Positions 9,416 through 18,270 of a DNA stretch of 64,000 bases are shown here, piece after piece. The translations under genes and the position numbers were made by a program. The notes under the pieces were generated by a model. The model was not told where the DNA came from, searched no databases, and worked only from the letters and a program-made list of their open reading frames with translations. The stretch's first letter is position 1. Every line of letters starts with the position of its first letter. The stretch covers positions 29,368-93,367 of the forward strand of contig JAURPJ010000032.1 of NCBI GenBank assembly GCA_030835305.1, written 5' to 3'. The DNA comes from Verrucomicrobiota bacterium (GTDB taxonomy: Bacteria > Verrucomicrobiota > Verrucomicrobiia > Verrucomicrobiales > Akkermansiaceae).

Positions 9416-11467
9416 ATGAAACAGATCGGATTTTGCCTGAGTGCGTTGTTGGTTGGTGGCTTGTTGAATGCGCAGGATGTGTTGAAGCCCCTGATAGTCG
9501 AGGGTTACCGCGAGTTTGATGCGGCCGGGAATGTTGCGGTGCAGGCGCTTGATGCAGAGCGGGTAAATGAGCTCCTGGGATACCTTCCGGGGTTTGCCTC
9601 CGTTGCCTCCGATTCGGCTGGTTATGGTGACGTAATCGGGATGAGGGGGTCGACGAACACCTTGTTCTTTGGTGGAGCTGGCGTTGCAATGGTGGTAGAT
9701 GATGTCCCTTACGGTGATGTTTTTGGTTATTCGACCGAGTTTTTTGATCTGGAATCCTTCACCCTTCACCGGGGTCCCCAAGGATCTCGCTTCGCCCGGA
9801 ATGGAGTGGGTGGCCTGATGGAGCTACGAACGCTGGCACCTACAAAGGAGCATGAGCACGCGTTCAGCGCCGAGTATGGCAGCTACAACCTCACCCACCT
9901 TCGGTTTCGGTCCAGCGGACCACTTGATAAGAATTGGTCCTATGCGTTTCAGACTTATTCCAAGGAGCGGGATGGTTTCGTCGACAATGTCACTCTTGGT
10001 CGTGATACAGATACCCGCGAGCAGTTCGGGACCCTTGGAAGCCTTTACTACACTCCCAGCAAGGATTTGGAAATGCGCTTCCGCTTCATGTATGAGCGGA
10101 CCCGTGACGGGAGTCAGCGGCTGACTGCGCTGCCCGGTGTGAATTCGGCTTTTGGTCCGATAGTTGATTCACAGCGTGTGCAAGACCCTTTCAAGGTGGC
10201 CAGCAATGTCCCGGGGGTGACTGAGATCGATCGCTTTCAAATGTCGATGCACATCGATCAGAATTTCGGGTGGGGGAACCTAAAATCCATCACGGCCTTC
10301 TCGAATTGGAAGCTAGGACCAAATACGGTCGATCTGGATTTGACGGCCTTTGATCTCTCCAGGTCATCGATTGAGCAGGAACAAAATCTCTTTAGTCAGG
10401 AATTCCGTATTCAGTCCGATCAAGATGCCGATTTTCGCTGGCTCGGCGGGCTGGCCTACCTGAGCAAGGATAACCAAGGCGTGGCCAATCGATTTTTCCC
10501 TCTTCCCTTTGGAGGAATCTTCGCGAATCAGTTCACGAACTTTGACATTGAGGAAAAGAGCTTTGCACTCTTTGGAAACGTTCAATGGGACCCGGTCGAG
10601 AATTTGACCGTCGAAGTGGGTGGACGTCTTGAGTATGTCGATAACTCCATCATTCGGAGCAAGAACGAGCCGGGAGGTGGATTCATTCCTCTCCCTCCAA
10701 CCTTTGCCAACGAGAGTGATGGCTTCTATTTCTCCCCGTCACTCGGCGCGACTTATGCTTTGAGTTCCGAGACGAGCGTTTTTGCGCGGACTTCGCTTTC
10801 ATACAAACCCCAGGGTTTCACCGCCTTCAGTGATAATGCGGCGACAACTGATTTTGATGAAGAGCAGTCCTGGGAGACTGAAATCGGGGTTCGTTGTCAA
10901 AGCAGCGATCAATCCGTCGGCGCGGAGTTACGTGGCTACTACAAGCGGATCGATGACTATCAGTTGAACCAGAGTGTTCCGAATACGACTGATTTCATCA
11001 TCGCGAATGCCGACCGGGTGGAAGCCCTCGGTGTTGAGGGTGAGGTCTTCTGGAGGCCCGTGAGTGGGTTGACTGTTCAGGCGAGTGCAGGCTGGAATCA
11101 GATTGAGTTTGAAGAGCACACTGGAGCAGGTGGCGTAGATTTGTCTGGAAACGATGTGCCGTTTTTGCCGGAGTTTACGGCCGGGATGGTCGTCAGATAC
11201 GACTTTGAGAACGGCTTTTTTGCCCAGACCGGGGTGCGTGCCGTGGGAGCCACCTACTTTGACGAGACCAACAATGGTGACTTCCGCCAAGGTTCTTACG
11301 AGGTATGGGATGCGCAATTCGGCTTTCAGGGAGAAAGTTGGAATGCCGCGATTTTCGCCCGTAACCTTTTCGACGAGGATTACTACAGTTTCATGAACAA
11401 CCAGATTTCGGCAGGCGTTGTGGGTGATCCTGAAATGTATGGGGTTCGGGTTGGTTTGGAATTCTAA
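9416..11467 (+). CDS. TonB-dependent outer-membrane receptor
   Basis: Start moved to ATG 9416 (MKQIGFCLSALLVGGLLNAQ). Plug region (IGMRGSTNTLFFGG..VDDVPYG). Long beta-barrel. Ends ..YGVRVGLEF with a terminal aromatic residue. Confidence 0.85.
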   Translation: MKQIGFCLSALLVGGLLNAQDVLKPLIVEGYREFDAAGNVAVQALDAERVNELLGYLPGFASVASDSAGYGDVIGMRGSTNTLFFGGAGVAMVVDDVPYGDVFGYSTEFFDLESFTLHRGPQGSRFARNGVGGLMELRTLAPTKEHEHAFSAEYGSYNLTHLRFRSSGPLDKNWSYAFQTYSKERDGFVDNVTLGRDTDTREQFGTLGSLYYTPSKDLEMRFRFMYERTRDGSQRLTALPGVNSAFGPIVDSQRVQDPFKVASNVPGVTEIDRFQMSMHIDQNFGWGNLKSITAFSNWKLGPNTVDLDLTAFDLSRSSIEQEQNLFSQEFRIQSDQDADFRWLGGLAYLSKDNQGVANRFFPLPFGGIFANQFTNFDIEEKSFALFGNVQWDPVENLTVEVGGRLEYVDNSIIRSKNEPGGGFIPLPPTFANESDGFYFSPSLGATYALSSETSVFARTSLSYKPQGFTAFSDNAATTDFDEEQSWETEIGVRCQSSDQSVGAELRGYYKRIDDYQLNQSVPNTTDFIIANADRVEALGVEGEVFWRPVSGLTVQASAGWNQIEFEEHTGAGGVDLSGNDVPFLPEFTAGMVVRYDFENGFFAQTGVRAVGATYFDETNNGDFRQGSYEVWDAQFGFQGESWNAAIFARNLFDEDYYSFMNNQISAGVVGDPEMYGVRVGLEF

Positions 11468-11562
11468 AAGAATTCAGAGAAAGATTGGGCTTGCCTGCAA
11501 GGCGGTTTTGTGGTTTTCCACTCCGCCCGCGGGTAAATTTTCACCCGCTAAATTTTGGAGTT

Positions 11563-11832
11563 ATGGATGCAGACAATATCGTTCCTTTTGAAGCACCTAC
11601 TCCTCCTCCCCGTTCCAGTGCGATCCCTATGAAAAACGATCTTGTCGAAAAGGCTGCAGAAATTGTCCCCGATCCCCTCGTGCTCATCAATCTTGTGTCC
11701 AAGCGCGTGGCTCAGTTGAATCAGGGCCGGTCCCCGTTAATCAATGCTCTTCCCAGCATGGGATTTGCCGATATTGCCCTGACCGAGATCATAGAGGGTA
11801 AGATCAAGCTGATTGAAGGATCGAATTCCTAG
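11563..11832 (+). CDS. rpoZ: DNA-directed RNA polymerase subunit omega
   Basis: VPDPLVLINLVSKRVAQLNQGRSPLI...ADIALTEIIEGKI matches the omega core. ATG 11563 is preceded by GGAG. An alternative ATG lies at 11629. Confidence 0.7.
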   Translation: MDADNIVPFEAPTPPPRSSAIPMKNDLVEKAAEIVPDPLVLINLVSKRVAQLNQGRSPLINALPSMGFADIALTEIIEGKIKLIEGSNS

Positions 11833-11875
11833 AGGCGGTCTGCTTTTTTTGAAGGCAGGCGCAATTTTGAGTGTC

Positions 11876-12343
11876 ATGTCTAAAGAAGTAGCCACCAACA
11901 AACGTGCGCGCCGTGATTATAACATTACGGAGACTTTCGAGGCCGGATTGGTTCTGTGTGGAACTGAGGTGAAATCGATCCGCGAGGGAAAGGTCAGCAT
12001 CACCGAGTCCTTTGCCCGGATCGAGCGGGGCGAGTGTTGGCTTTATGGCTGTGATATCCAGCCCTGGCAAACCGCCGGAGCCTATTTTCAGCATGAGGCG
12101 AAGCGACCCCGCAAATTACTTCTTCATAAGAACGAGATCCTCAAGCTTTCCCAGGCTACCCTGCAGAAGGGCTTCACATTGATCTGCCTCAAGCTTTATT
12201 TCAAGGGACGGCGCGTTAAGGTCCAGCTTGGCCTGGGAAAAGGCAAGGGGCATAGCGACCAGCGACAGGATCTCAAGAAGAAGACCGAGTTGCGTGAGGC
12301 TCAGCGGGAAGTGGCCCGCTTCAACAAGGGGCGGGGACTTTAG
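11876..12343 (+). CDS. smpB: SsrA-binding protein SmpB
   Basis: MSKEVATNKRARRDYNITETFEAGLVLCGTEVKSIREGKVSITESFARI..RPRKLLLHKNEILKL. Start moved to ATG 11876. Confidence 0.9.
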   Translation: MSKEVATNKRARRDYNITETFEAGLVLCGTEVKSIREGKVSITESFARIERGECWLYGCDIQPWQTAGAYFQHEAKRPRKLLLHKNEILKLSQATLQKGFTLICLKLYFKGRRVKVQLGLGKGKGHSDQRQDLKKKTELREAQREVARFNKGRGL

Positions 12344-12364
12344 ACCAAGACCGAACCGGCCGGA

Positions 12365-13618
12365 TTACCGGTGGGTCGGCCCGGCAAGTGCTTTAAAGAT
12401 CGGCTGAAGCTCTCCGGCTTTCCCGTAGGTCTTCTCAAGTTTTTCCATCATACGCCCGAACTTTGTGGGGCCGTGTTCGGTCAAAGGGGTAAAGTGGCTC
12501 CCGTAGCGGGCGAGCTGGGTTTTCGAGAAAACATCAAGAGCCTCCATCCCCCGAACGTGGGCCACAGCTTCCTCGCTTTTTGAAAGCCCGGCATGAAGCT
12601 TCTCGATTTTCTGCTTGAACCGCCCCTTCAGTTGGCACTTTGATGTCAGTATTCCGGTCAGATAGGTGGCGTCTCCTTTTGAGGACAGGGCCATCTCTTT
12701 CAGGTATGGAAGAACCCGCTCTTCGAAGGTGTTGATCTCCTCGCTCCTGCCGGCGGCGTGTTCATAAAGCCCCTGGGCATACATCCAGATCATGCCAATT
12801 GCGATGTCCCGGGAATCGGGCATTTCACGAGCACCCACATAGAAGTTATGGGTGGCGTCCTCGTCGAATTTGGCGGCGGCATAGGCTGTCAGGTAGCGAT
12901 AGCTGCTATTTGTGCTGCCTGCCATGAAGTGGTGCCCTTTATTCGCTCCGGTCATGTCCGGAGTGAAGTATCCTGAAACGGTATAGGTGCCGGCGCTCTT
13001 CATCTTGAGTGAATTGTGGAAAGCAGCAGTTCCGCCGCTTTTGTCACCGCCAAAGTGAATGCCGTTGCCGCTGATGTTGTAATCACCTTTCACGTCTGCG
13101 AGAACATCCCGGGTGTGGGCGAAATTGTTGAGCAGGGTGACTTGTCCCTCGTAACGAGCCTCGATCGGGCTAGCGATGATCATTCCGAGGACGTCGGCAG
13201 CTTCGCTAAAGCGCTGCAAGGTTTCCGCCTTGGCACCATCGGACTGGGTCCAGATCATGACGGGAGCACAAGTCCCGGGATCGAGGTCTTTGGGAACGTA
13301 GACAAAGTAGGAGGTGTCGGCATCCGCTTTAACCGGGCCTTCCAAACTGCCGGCATTGGCAACAAGCCGGACTTCCTTCTTCTTGAAATGCTTTTCGAGG
13401 AACGCTTGATCCTGCTCGGAAAATTCGTCGATGCCCAGGGTGAGTTCGCGACCGTCTTTGGTGATAAGTTGAATTGCACCGTTTTTGGTCATCTCGATGG
13501 CTTTGGCGGAAATCTTGCTCCCGCTTTTCGAGGTCCAAATGCGTAATTCGGTCGGCTCGACAGCCCCCGCATATGAAGAAAGTGCGAAGAGTAAAATCGC
13601 AAGTGGCCAGAATTTCAT
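12365..13618 (-). CDS. Secreted hypothetical protein: N-terminal SHD1-like module plus a degenerate esterase-like region
   Basis: Start moved to ATG 13618 (MKFWPLAILLFALSSYAGA). LRIWTSKSGSKISAKAIEMTKNGAIQLITKDGRELTLGIDEFSEQDQAFL. YFVYVPKDLDPGTCAPVMIW, but no clean GxSxG motif. Confidence 0.6.
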   Translation of the reverse strand: MKFWPLAILLFALSSYAGAVEPTELRIWTSKSGSKISAKAIEMTKNGAIQLITKDGRELTLGIDEFSEQDQAFLEKHFKKKEVRLVANAGSLEGPVKADADTSYFVYVPKDLDPGTCAPVMIWTQSDGAKAETLQRFSEAADVLGMIIASPIEARYEGQVTLLNNFAHTRDVLADVKGDYNISGNGIHFGGDKSGGTAAFHNSLKMKSAGTYTVSGYFTPDMTGANKGHHFMAGSTNSSYRYLTAYAAAKFDEDATHNFYVGAREMPDSRDIAIGMIWMYAQGLYEHAAGRSEEINTFEERVLPYLKEMALSSKGDATYLTGILTSKCQLKGRFKQKIEKLHAGLSKSEEAVAHVRGMEALDVFSKTQLARYGSHFTPLTEHGPTKFGRMMEKLEKTYGKAGELQPIFKALAGPTHR

Positions 13619-13676
13619 GATCTCAAAGCTATGGTATGCAGGAGGCAATGTCAAAGAGGCAAAAGCACCGGCTCGG

Positions 13677-14363
13677 TCATGCTTCCCGTATTCCTTGGAT
13701 CGCAATGGCCATATCAGGAGCACCAAAGGTTGAAGATCCGGCTACAAAGACATTGGCTCCTGCGGCCCCCGCAATCGCGGCGGTCTCCAGTCCGATTCCG
13801 CCATCGACTTCAATATGGTAGTCGAGTTTGTTCTCGGCCCGGTATTTTGCCCCGGCTTCGACCTTGGGCATGACTTCTTCCATGAACGACTGGCCCCCAA
13901 ATCCGGGCACAACTGTCATTACGAGAAGAAGGTCAATTTCAGTAAGGAAAGGAACAACCGTCTCGAAGGGCGTTGCCGGGTTGAGCGCCAGCCCGGCAAG
14001 GCAGTTTGCTTCACGAATCGCCTTTAACGTTGAGGTGACATCGTGGTCGGCTTCTGGTTCGACATGCACTGTGATCAGGTCGGCTCCTGCCGCAATAAAG
14101 CGGGGAAGGTAGTGATCGGGTCGGGTGATCATGAGGTGGACATCCAGAAAGATATCATTGGTCTCGTGAACCGCCTGAATCATCGCCGGCCCAAATGAGA
14201 TGTTGTCCACGAAATGCCCGTCCATGACATCCATGTGCATCCAGTCAGCTCCGGCGTTGATGGCGCGGGAGGTTTCAGCCCCGACCCGGCCGAAGTCAGC
14301 GGCGAGGAGGGAAGGGGCGATGATGCGATCTTGGCAGGTCCACTTTTTCACGCCCCGAGTCAT
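13677..14363 (-). CDS. rpe: Ribulose-phosphate 3-epimerase
   Basis: IIAPSLLAADFGRVGAE..GADWMHMDVMDGHFVDNISFGP..VMTVVPGFGGQSF..IEVDGGI. Confidence 0.9.
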   Translation of the reverse strand: MTRGVKKWTCQDRIIAPSLLAADFGRVGAETSRAINAGADWMHMDVMDGHFVDNISFGPAMIQAVHETNDIFLDVHLMITRPDHYLPRFIAAGADLITVHVEPEADHDVTSTLKAIREANCLAGLALNPATPFETVVPFLTEIDLLLVMTVVPGFGGQSFMEEVMPKVEAGAKYRAENKLDYHIEVDGGIGLETAAIAGAAGANVFVAGSSTFGAPDMAIAIQGIREA

Positions 14364-14414
14364 AGGGTGAAAACCGGCTCGAGGCGCGAAAAAAAATCAG
14401 AACAAAAAGAGAAT

Positions 14415-14954
14415 TTATTCTCCGAGTGGCTTGATCACGATGGCGTGTTCGTCGAACTTCGTGGTGGCTCCGGTCCCGTCGAGAACATACCTGAGGGCAA
14501 CCGAGGCCGGGATGTTTTTCATCTTCAAGGTGACCTCTTGATTACTGACTTTGACCTTGGGGTCGCGGAGGACGAAGTTAGCCGCCAGTTTCTTGTCACT
14601 GGCTTTTAAGATGAGGACATTGAGTGCTTCAAGAGCTTCTTCGAGGGTGGCTTTGTTGAAGTTGATCTCGGGAATCATGACTTTTTCGAAGAGAGCCTTC
14701 CTGCGCGCCACCTTGGCACGCGCGTTCAACTCGGGAATTCGCGCAAGTTGGAACTTTGCCGGGGTATAACCTGGTTTGATTTTCAGGACATTCTCGAAGG
14801 CTGTTTTGGCTGCCATCGGGTCACCGGCCTTCAGCGCGGTCATGCCTTTCTGATACCAGGCTGCGGCACTCAGTTCTTTTTCCTTTTTGCTCTGGGCGAC
14901 TCCGGTACACGTCAGCGCCAGACCGATTGCTATACTAGCGGTCATTTTTTTCAT
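14415..14954 (-). CDS. Hypothetical secreted/lipoprotein with a TPR-like N-terminal half
   Basis: 179-aa ORF. MKKMTASIAIGLALTCTGVAQS signal. WYQKGMTALKAGDPMAAKTAFENVLKIKPGY. Confidence 0.5.
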   Translation of the reverse strand: MKKMTASIAIGLALTCTGVAQSKKEKELSAAAWYQKGMTALKAGDPMAAKTAFENVLKIKPGYTPAKFQLARIPELNARAKVARRKALFEKVMIPEINFNKATLEEALEALNVLILKASDKKLAANFVLRDPKVKVSNQEVTLKMKNIPASVALRYVLDGTGATTKFDEHAIVIKPLGE

Positions 14955-14979
14955 TGTTTCTTGGGATTAGGTTGGTGTC

Positions 14980-15008
14980 TGTAAATAAGCGAATTATCGA
15001 TATTTACA
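14980..15008. promoter_or_regulatory. Inverted repeat TGTAAATA-N13-TATTTACA in the divergent region upstream of lexA
   Basis: Read directly. The 8-bp arms are perfect reverse complements. Confidence 0.3.
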
Positions 15009-15120
15009 AAGGAAGCATAGCAACTCCCGGATTCCCCGTCAAGAACCCGTCGTTTAGTCGCGGAATTAGACCTGGTCCTTTTCGAGGAAGGTGAAGAGAT
15101 ATTTCCCGCTGGACAAATAG

Positions 15121-15134
15121 TGTTCATCGAAACA
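15121..15134. promoter_or_regulatory. Candidate LexA (SOS) box TGTTCATCGAAACA
   Basis: Matches 13 of 14 positions of the palindrome TGTTC-N4-GAACA reported for Verrucomicrobia LexA. Ends 9 nt upstream of the lexA ATG (15144), which fits autoregulation. Confidence 0.6.
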
Positions 15135-15143
15135 ATGTCCTGA

Positions 15144-15761
15144 ATGGCTCACAATCTTACAAAGCGGCAGCAAGAGTTGTTGGATTTTCTGAAATTGTCT
15201 CAAAACAAGAATGGTCTGATGCCCTCCACTCGTGAGATTCAGGCGCATTTCGGCTTTGCGAGTCAAACTGCGGCGATGAGCCACCTACGGGCGCTGGAGA
15301 AGAAAGGCGTGATCGTTCGTCTGCCCGGGAAGGCCAGAGCAGTTGTTTTCCCCGAGGATTTGGAGCGCGAGGAGCTCGTCGATATTCCAATTTACGGTTC
15401 AATCGCAGCGGGGATGGCGGAAGCGATTGAAGAAGAGAAGCAAGGTTGTATTTCGATCGATATCGCGTCGCTTGGAATTCCTCGCAACGCCCGCACGTTT
15501 GCCCTCAAAGTCCGTGGAGAGTCGATGATCGATGCGCACATTTGCGATGGCGATACGGTGTTGTTGGAGTTCCGGGAGCCACGGCATATGGATATCGTGG
15601 CCGCCTTGATTGATGGAGAAACAACCTTGAAGCGTTTTGTCCTGGAGAATGGTCGTCCTTTTCTTCGCGCGGAGAACAAGGATTTCCGGGATTTGATTCC
15701 GGCTCGTGAGCTCGTGGTGCAAGGAGTCCTGGTGGGCCTTCTGCGGACCGGCTTGATGTAG
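15144..15761 (+). CDS. lexA: LexA repressor (S24 autopeptidase)
   Basis: Winged-helix N-terminus (LTKRQQELLDFL..PSTREIQAHFGFASQTAAMSHLRALEKKGVI). VRGESMIDAHICDGD (Ser nucleophile). GETTLKRF (Lys). Confidence 0.9.
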   Translation: MAHNLTKRQQELLDFLKLSQNKNGLMPSTREIQAHFGFASQTAAMSHLRALEKKGVIVRLPGKARAVVFPEDLEREELVDIPIYGSIAAGMAEAIEEEKQGCISIDIASLGIPRNARTFALKVRGESMIDAHICDGDTVLLEFREPRHMDIVAALIDGETTLKRFVLENGRPFLRAENKDFRDLIPARELVVQGVLVGLLRTGLM

Positions 15762-15986
15762 TTCCGGTTCGGCTTGTTTGGAATTCCAACCAAAGCCCCG
15801 GGTCCCAGACGCGGGAGCTCTTTACGACCAAGCCGAAAAGCAGACGAAGTGGGGTCGTCGCGTTAGGGCGGAGTGGTGAGGGGAGATCTGCGAATTTAAA
15901 TTGAGTTTGGAAAACGGGTTCGCCTGTGGTTTTATCCGGTTTTACACGTGCGTTTGGCCCGCGTGGAAATGATTATAACTACATCA

Positions 15987-17177
15987 ATGACACACAGATT
16001 TCTATTACTGGCGGGTCTGGCTTTGACCATGGGACCGTTGGTCCTTCAGGCAGCGGATTTCTCCTCGGAAGACTCCAAGAAGAAGAAAAAAAAGAAGGGG
16101 CCAGGCGATTGGTGCGATACTCTGCAGGATTTTGGCGAACTTTATGATGTTAAGAAAAAAAAGAACCCCTACGTGCAGAAGGTCGAGATTTTTGGACGAT
16201 ACCAGCAGCAATGGATTTATTCAGATGGCACCGACCGTGGTCGCGATTTCAGCGGATATGGCCAGGAACTAAGGCGATTCCGGGTGGGGGCCTCGGTTGA
16301 ATTTTTTGATCGCTGGAAGTTCCAGGGGCGGATCAATCTGGAAGAGGGAGACGTCAACAATACCCGGCTGCACCATAATGATGTCGACACGTTGATCATC
16401 CGATATGAGTCCAAGGATATTGGTTTTTTGAATGAACCGATGTTTGGTTACGGCTTAACCAAAGTCGATTTCGGAGGCGAGTGGTATACTTCCTCTCGTT
16501 ACATTAAGACGGTCGAGCGAAGTAATCTCGCGACCATTTTTTCTCCGGATCGTGCCACGGGATTCTTCTCGGCCTTTGAGATTGAGGATTTTGATGTCGT
16601 TTTCGGGATTTTCTCATCCCGCGATCGTGATTACGCCTTGGCGGATTGGGATGGCGGAGAGGTCTATTTCGCTTCGATTCGGACCAAGATTGGGAAGGGA
16701 AAACTGAGGGCGGACTACATGTATGTGGATGCCACCGAGGAAGAGGATGAAATCTTCGGCTTCAATTGGGCGGTCTCATTGACCTACGACAAGGACATCG
16801 GGGATTGGGAGCTGATGGTGAATGGAACCTATGGTCGCAATGAGGACGGGGACATTTACGGGATTGTCATCATGCCTTCGATTTACCTCATCGAGGACCG
16901 GCTGGAGGCGGTGTTTCGTTACCAATGGGCGCATTCGACTTCGCTGCAACTTCGTCCCGGGAACGACAATCACACTTCGATCCGTGCGATTGCGGAGGCG
17001 GATGGGGTGAAAATTGCTCCAGGTGATGACAATCACGCCTTCTACGCCGGGTTGAATTATTACTTTTGCGAGGACAATCTCAAGCTCATGACCGGTATCG
17101 AATACGAGACTCTGACCGGGGGGATCACCGATGCCGAAGCGACCACACTTTGGGGAGCGCTACGCTTCTATTTCTAA
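15987..17177 (+). CDS. Outer-membrane porin, probably phosphate-selective porin O/P family
   Basis: Start moved to ATG 15987 (MTHRFLLLAGLALTMGPLVLQA). Alternating beta-strand pattern. Ends ..WGALRFYF. Sits directly upstream of pstS. The family call is by context and general pattern. Confidence 0.6.
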   Translation: MTHRFLLLAGLALTMGPLVLQAADFSSEDSKKKKKKKGPGDWCDTLQDFGELYDVKKKKNPYVQKVEIFGRYQQQWIYSDGTDRGRDFSGYGQELRRFRVGASVEFFDRWKFQGRINLEEGDVNNTRLHHNDVDTLIIRYESKDIGFLNEPMFGYGLTKVDFGGEWYTSSRYIKTVERSNLATIFSPDRATGFFSAFEIEDFDVVFGIFSSRDRDYALADWDGGEVYFASIRTKIGKGKLRADYMYVDATEEEDEIFGFNWAVSLTYDKDIGDWELMVNGTYGRNEDGDIYGIVIMPSIYLIEDRLEAVFRYQWAHSTSLQLRPGNDNHTSIRAIAEADGVKIAPGDDNHAFYAGLNYYFCEDNLKLMTGIEYETLTGGITDAEATTLWGALRFYF

Positions 17178-17222
17178 TCTCTCCACGCAAGGTCGTTCCC
17201 GATTTTTAGAGCGTTGAACACC

Positions 17223-17248
17223 GCCATGTGACAAAATCCTCACATGGC
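17223..17248. promoter_or_regulatory. 9-bp perfect inverted repeat GCCATGTGA-N8-TCACATGGC between the porin gene and pstS
   Basis: Read directly. No U-tract follows it. Confidence 0.35.
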
Positions 17249-17327
17249 ATGTTTGTGGTCGTGAGCCGACTTTGTTAACTTGATCCCAAGACGTTCATGG
17301 AGGACGGCTTTCAGAACCCTTCCCGGA

Positions 17328-18143
17328 ATGATCAAAAAAACCACCACAGCTTTTGCTCTCGGTCTCCTTTTTAGTCTCCCTCTTGCCGCAGATCCTGAAA
17401 AGCTGGTGATCATGGGGTCCGATACCCTTGGGTCCAAACTTGTTCTCCAATTGAAGGAAGCCTACATGACGTTAGGGCGCGATACTGAATTCGAGATCTC
17501 CGCCGAGGGTTCCTCCCAGGCCTTCGCCAATCTCCTGGCCGGAGAAGCCGACATCGGCATGTCCAGCCGGGATGCCCAGGAGGAGGAAGCCAATCGGTTC
17601 CTCGCCAAGGGAAAGAAGTTGGTGGAGCACGCTGCTGGTTGGGATATGATTGCAGTCATTGTGAATGAAAAGAAGGGTGTCCGTAAGCTAACGCTCAAGG
17701 AGATTGAGGGGATCTTCACGGGTGATATTATGGACTGGAGCGAACTCGGAGGTAAACCGGGCAAGATTTCCGTCTATACCCGTAACACCGCATCCGGGAC
17801 TTTTCAGATTTTCCAGCGTCTGGCGATGGGGGGGCGGGACTACTCGGCATCGAGCCAAAAGCTGGCAGGGAACGAGCAGATTGCCAGTGAGGTGGCTGCC
17901 AACGAAAATGGGATCGGATATGTTGGATTGGCCTTTATCGACAAGAAGGGTTTGCGGGCGGTGAAAGTCGATGGTGTTTCTCCCAGTCCGAAAAACAAAG
18001 GGAAATACCCCCTCGCTCGAAAACTTTTCTTCTACACCGCAGGTGAGCCGAAAGGGAGTGTGAAGAAATTTCTCGATTGGGCCACCAAGTCGGATGCCGC
18101 CAAGGAAATTGTCGCGAAAGTTGGGTTTATCTCAGTTAAGTAG
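17328..18143 (+). CDS. pstS: Phosphate ABC transporter substrate-binding protein PstS (PBP-like-2 type)
   Basis: Start moved to ATG 17328 (MIKKTTTAFALGLLFSLPLAA). IMGSDTLG, EGSSQAFANLLAGEADIGMSSR, NTASGTF. Confidence 0.85.
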   Translation: MIKKTTTAFALGLLFSLPLAADPEKLVIMGSDTLGSKLVLQLKEAYMTLGRDTEFEISAEGSSQAFANLLAGEADIGMSSRDAQEEEANRFLAKGKKLVEHAAGWDMIAVIVNEKKGVRKLTLKEIEGIFTGDIMDWSELGGKPGKISVYTRNTASGTFQIFQRLAMGGRDYSASSQKLAGNEQIASEVAANENGIGYVGLAFIDKKGLRAVKVDGVSPSPKNKGKYPLARKLFFYTAGEPKGSVKKFLDWATKSDAAKEIVAKVGFISVK

Positions 18144-18270
18144 AGACCGTTTAAGGGCTTCTTTTTTGGAAGGTAATGTTACGAAATTGTCACACACCGC
18201 TTTTCTGTGCCTGTATTCTCAAGCAATTTATTATAAGGCAAACCCGTGACGAGTTTCCCAATTCCCCCCG

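Noticed and set aside
15772-15798. Imperfect long hairpin GGCTTGTTTGGAATTCCAACCAAAGCC just after the lexA stop, as a terminator.
   Set aside because: It has mismatches and bulges and no following U-tract. It is not convincing enough to list as a terminator.
15762-17327. E. coli-type Pho boxes (CTGTCAT-N4-CTGTCAT) upstream of the porin gene and pstS.
   Set aside because: No such repeats were found by eye. The PhoB motif of this phylum is unknown to me, so their absence is not informative. Only the dyad at 17223..17248 is reported.
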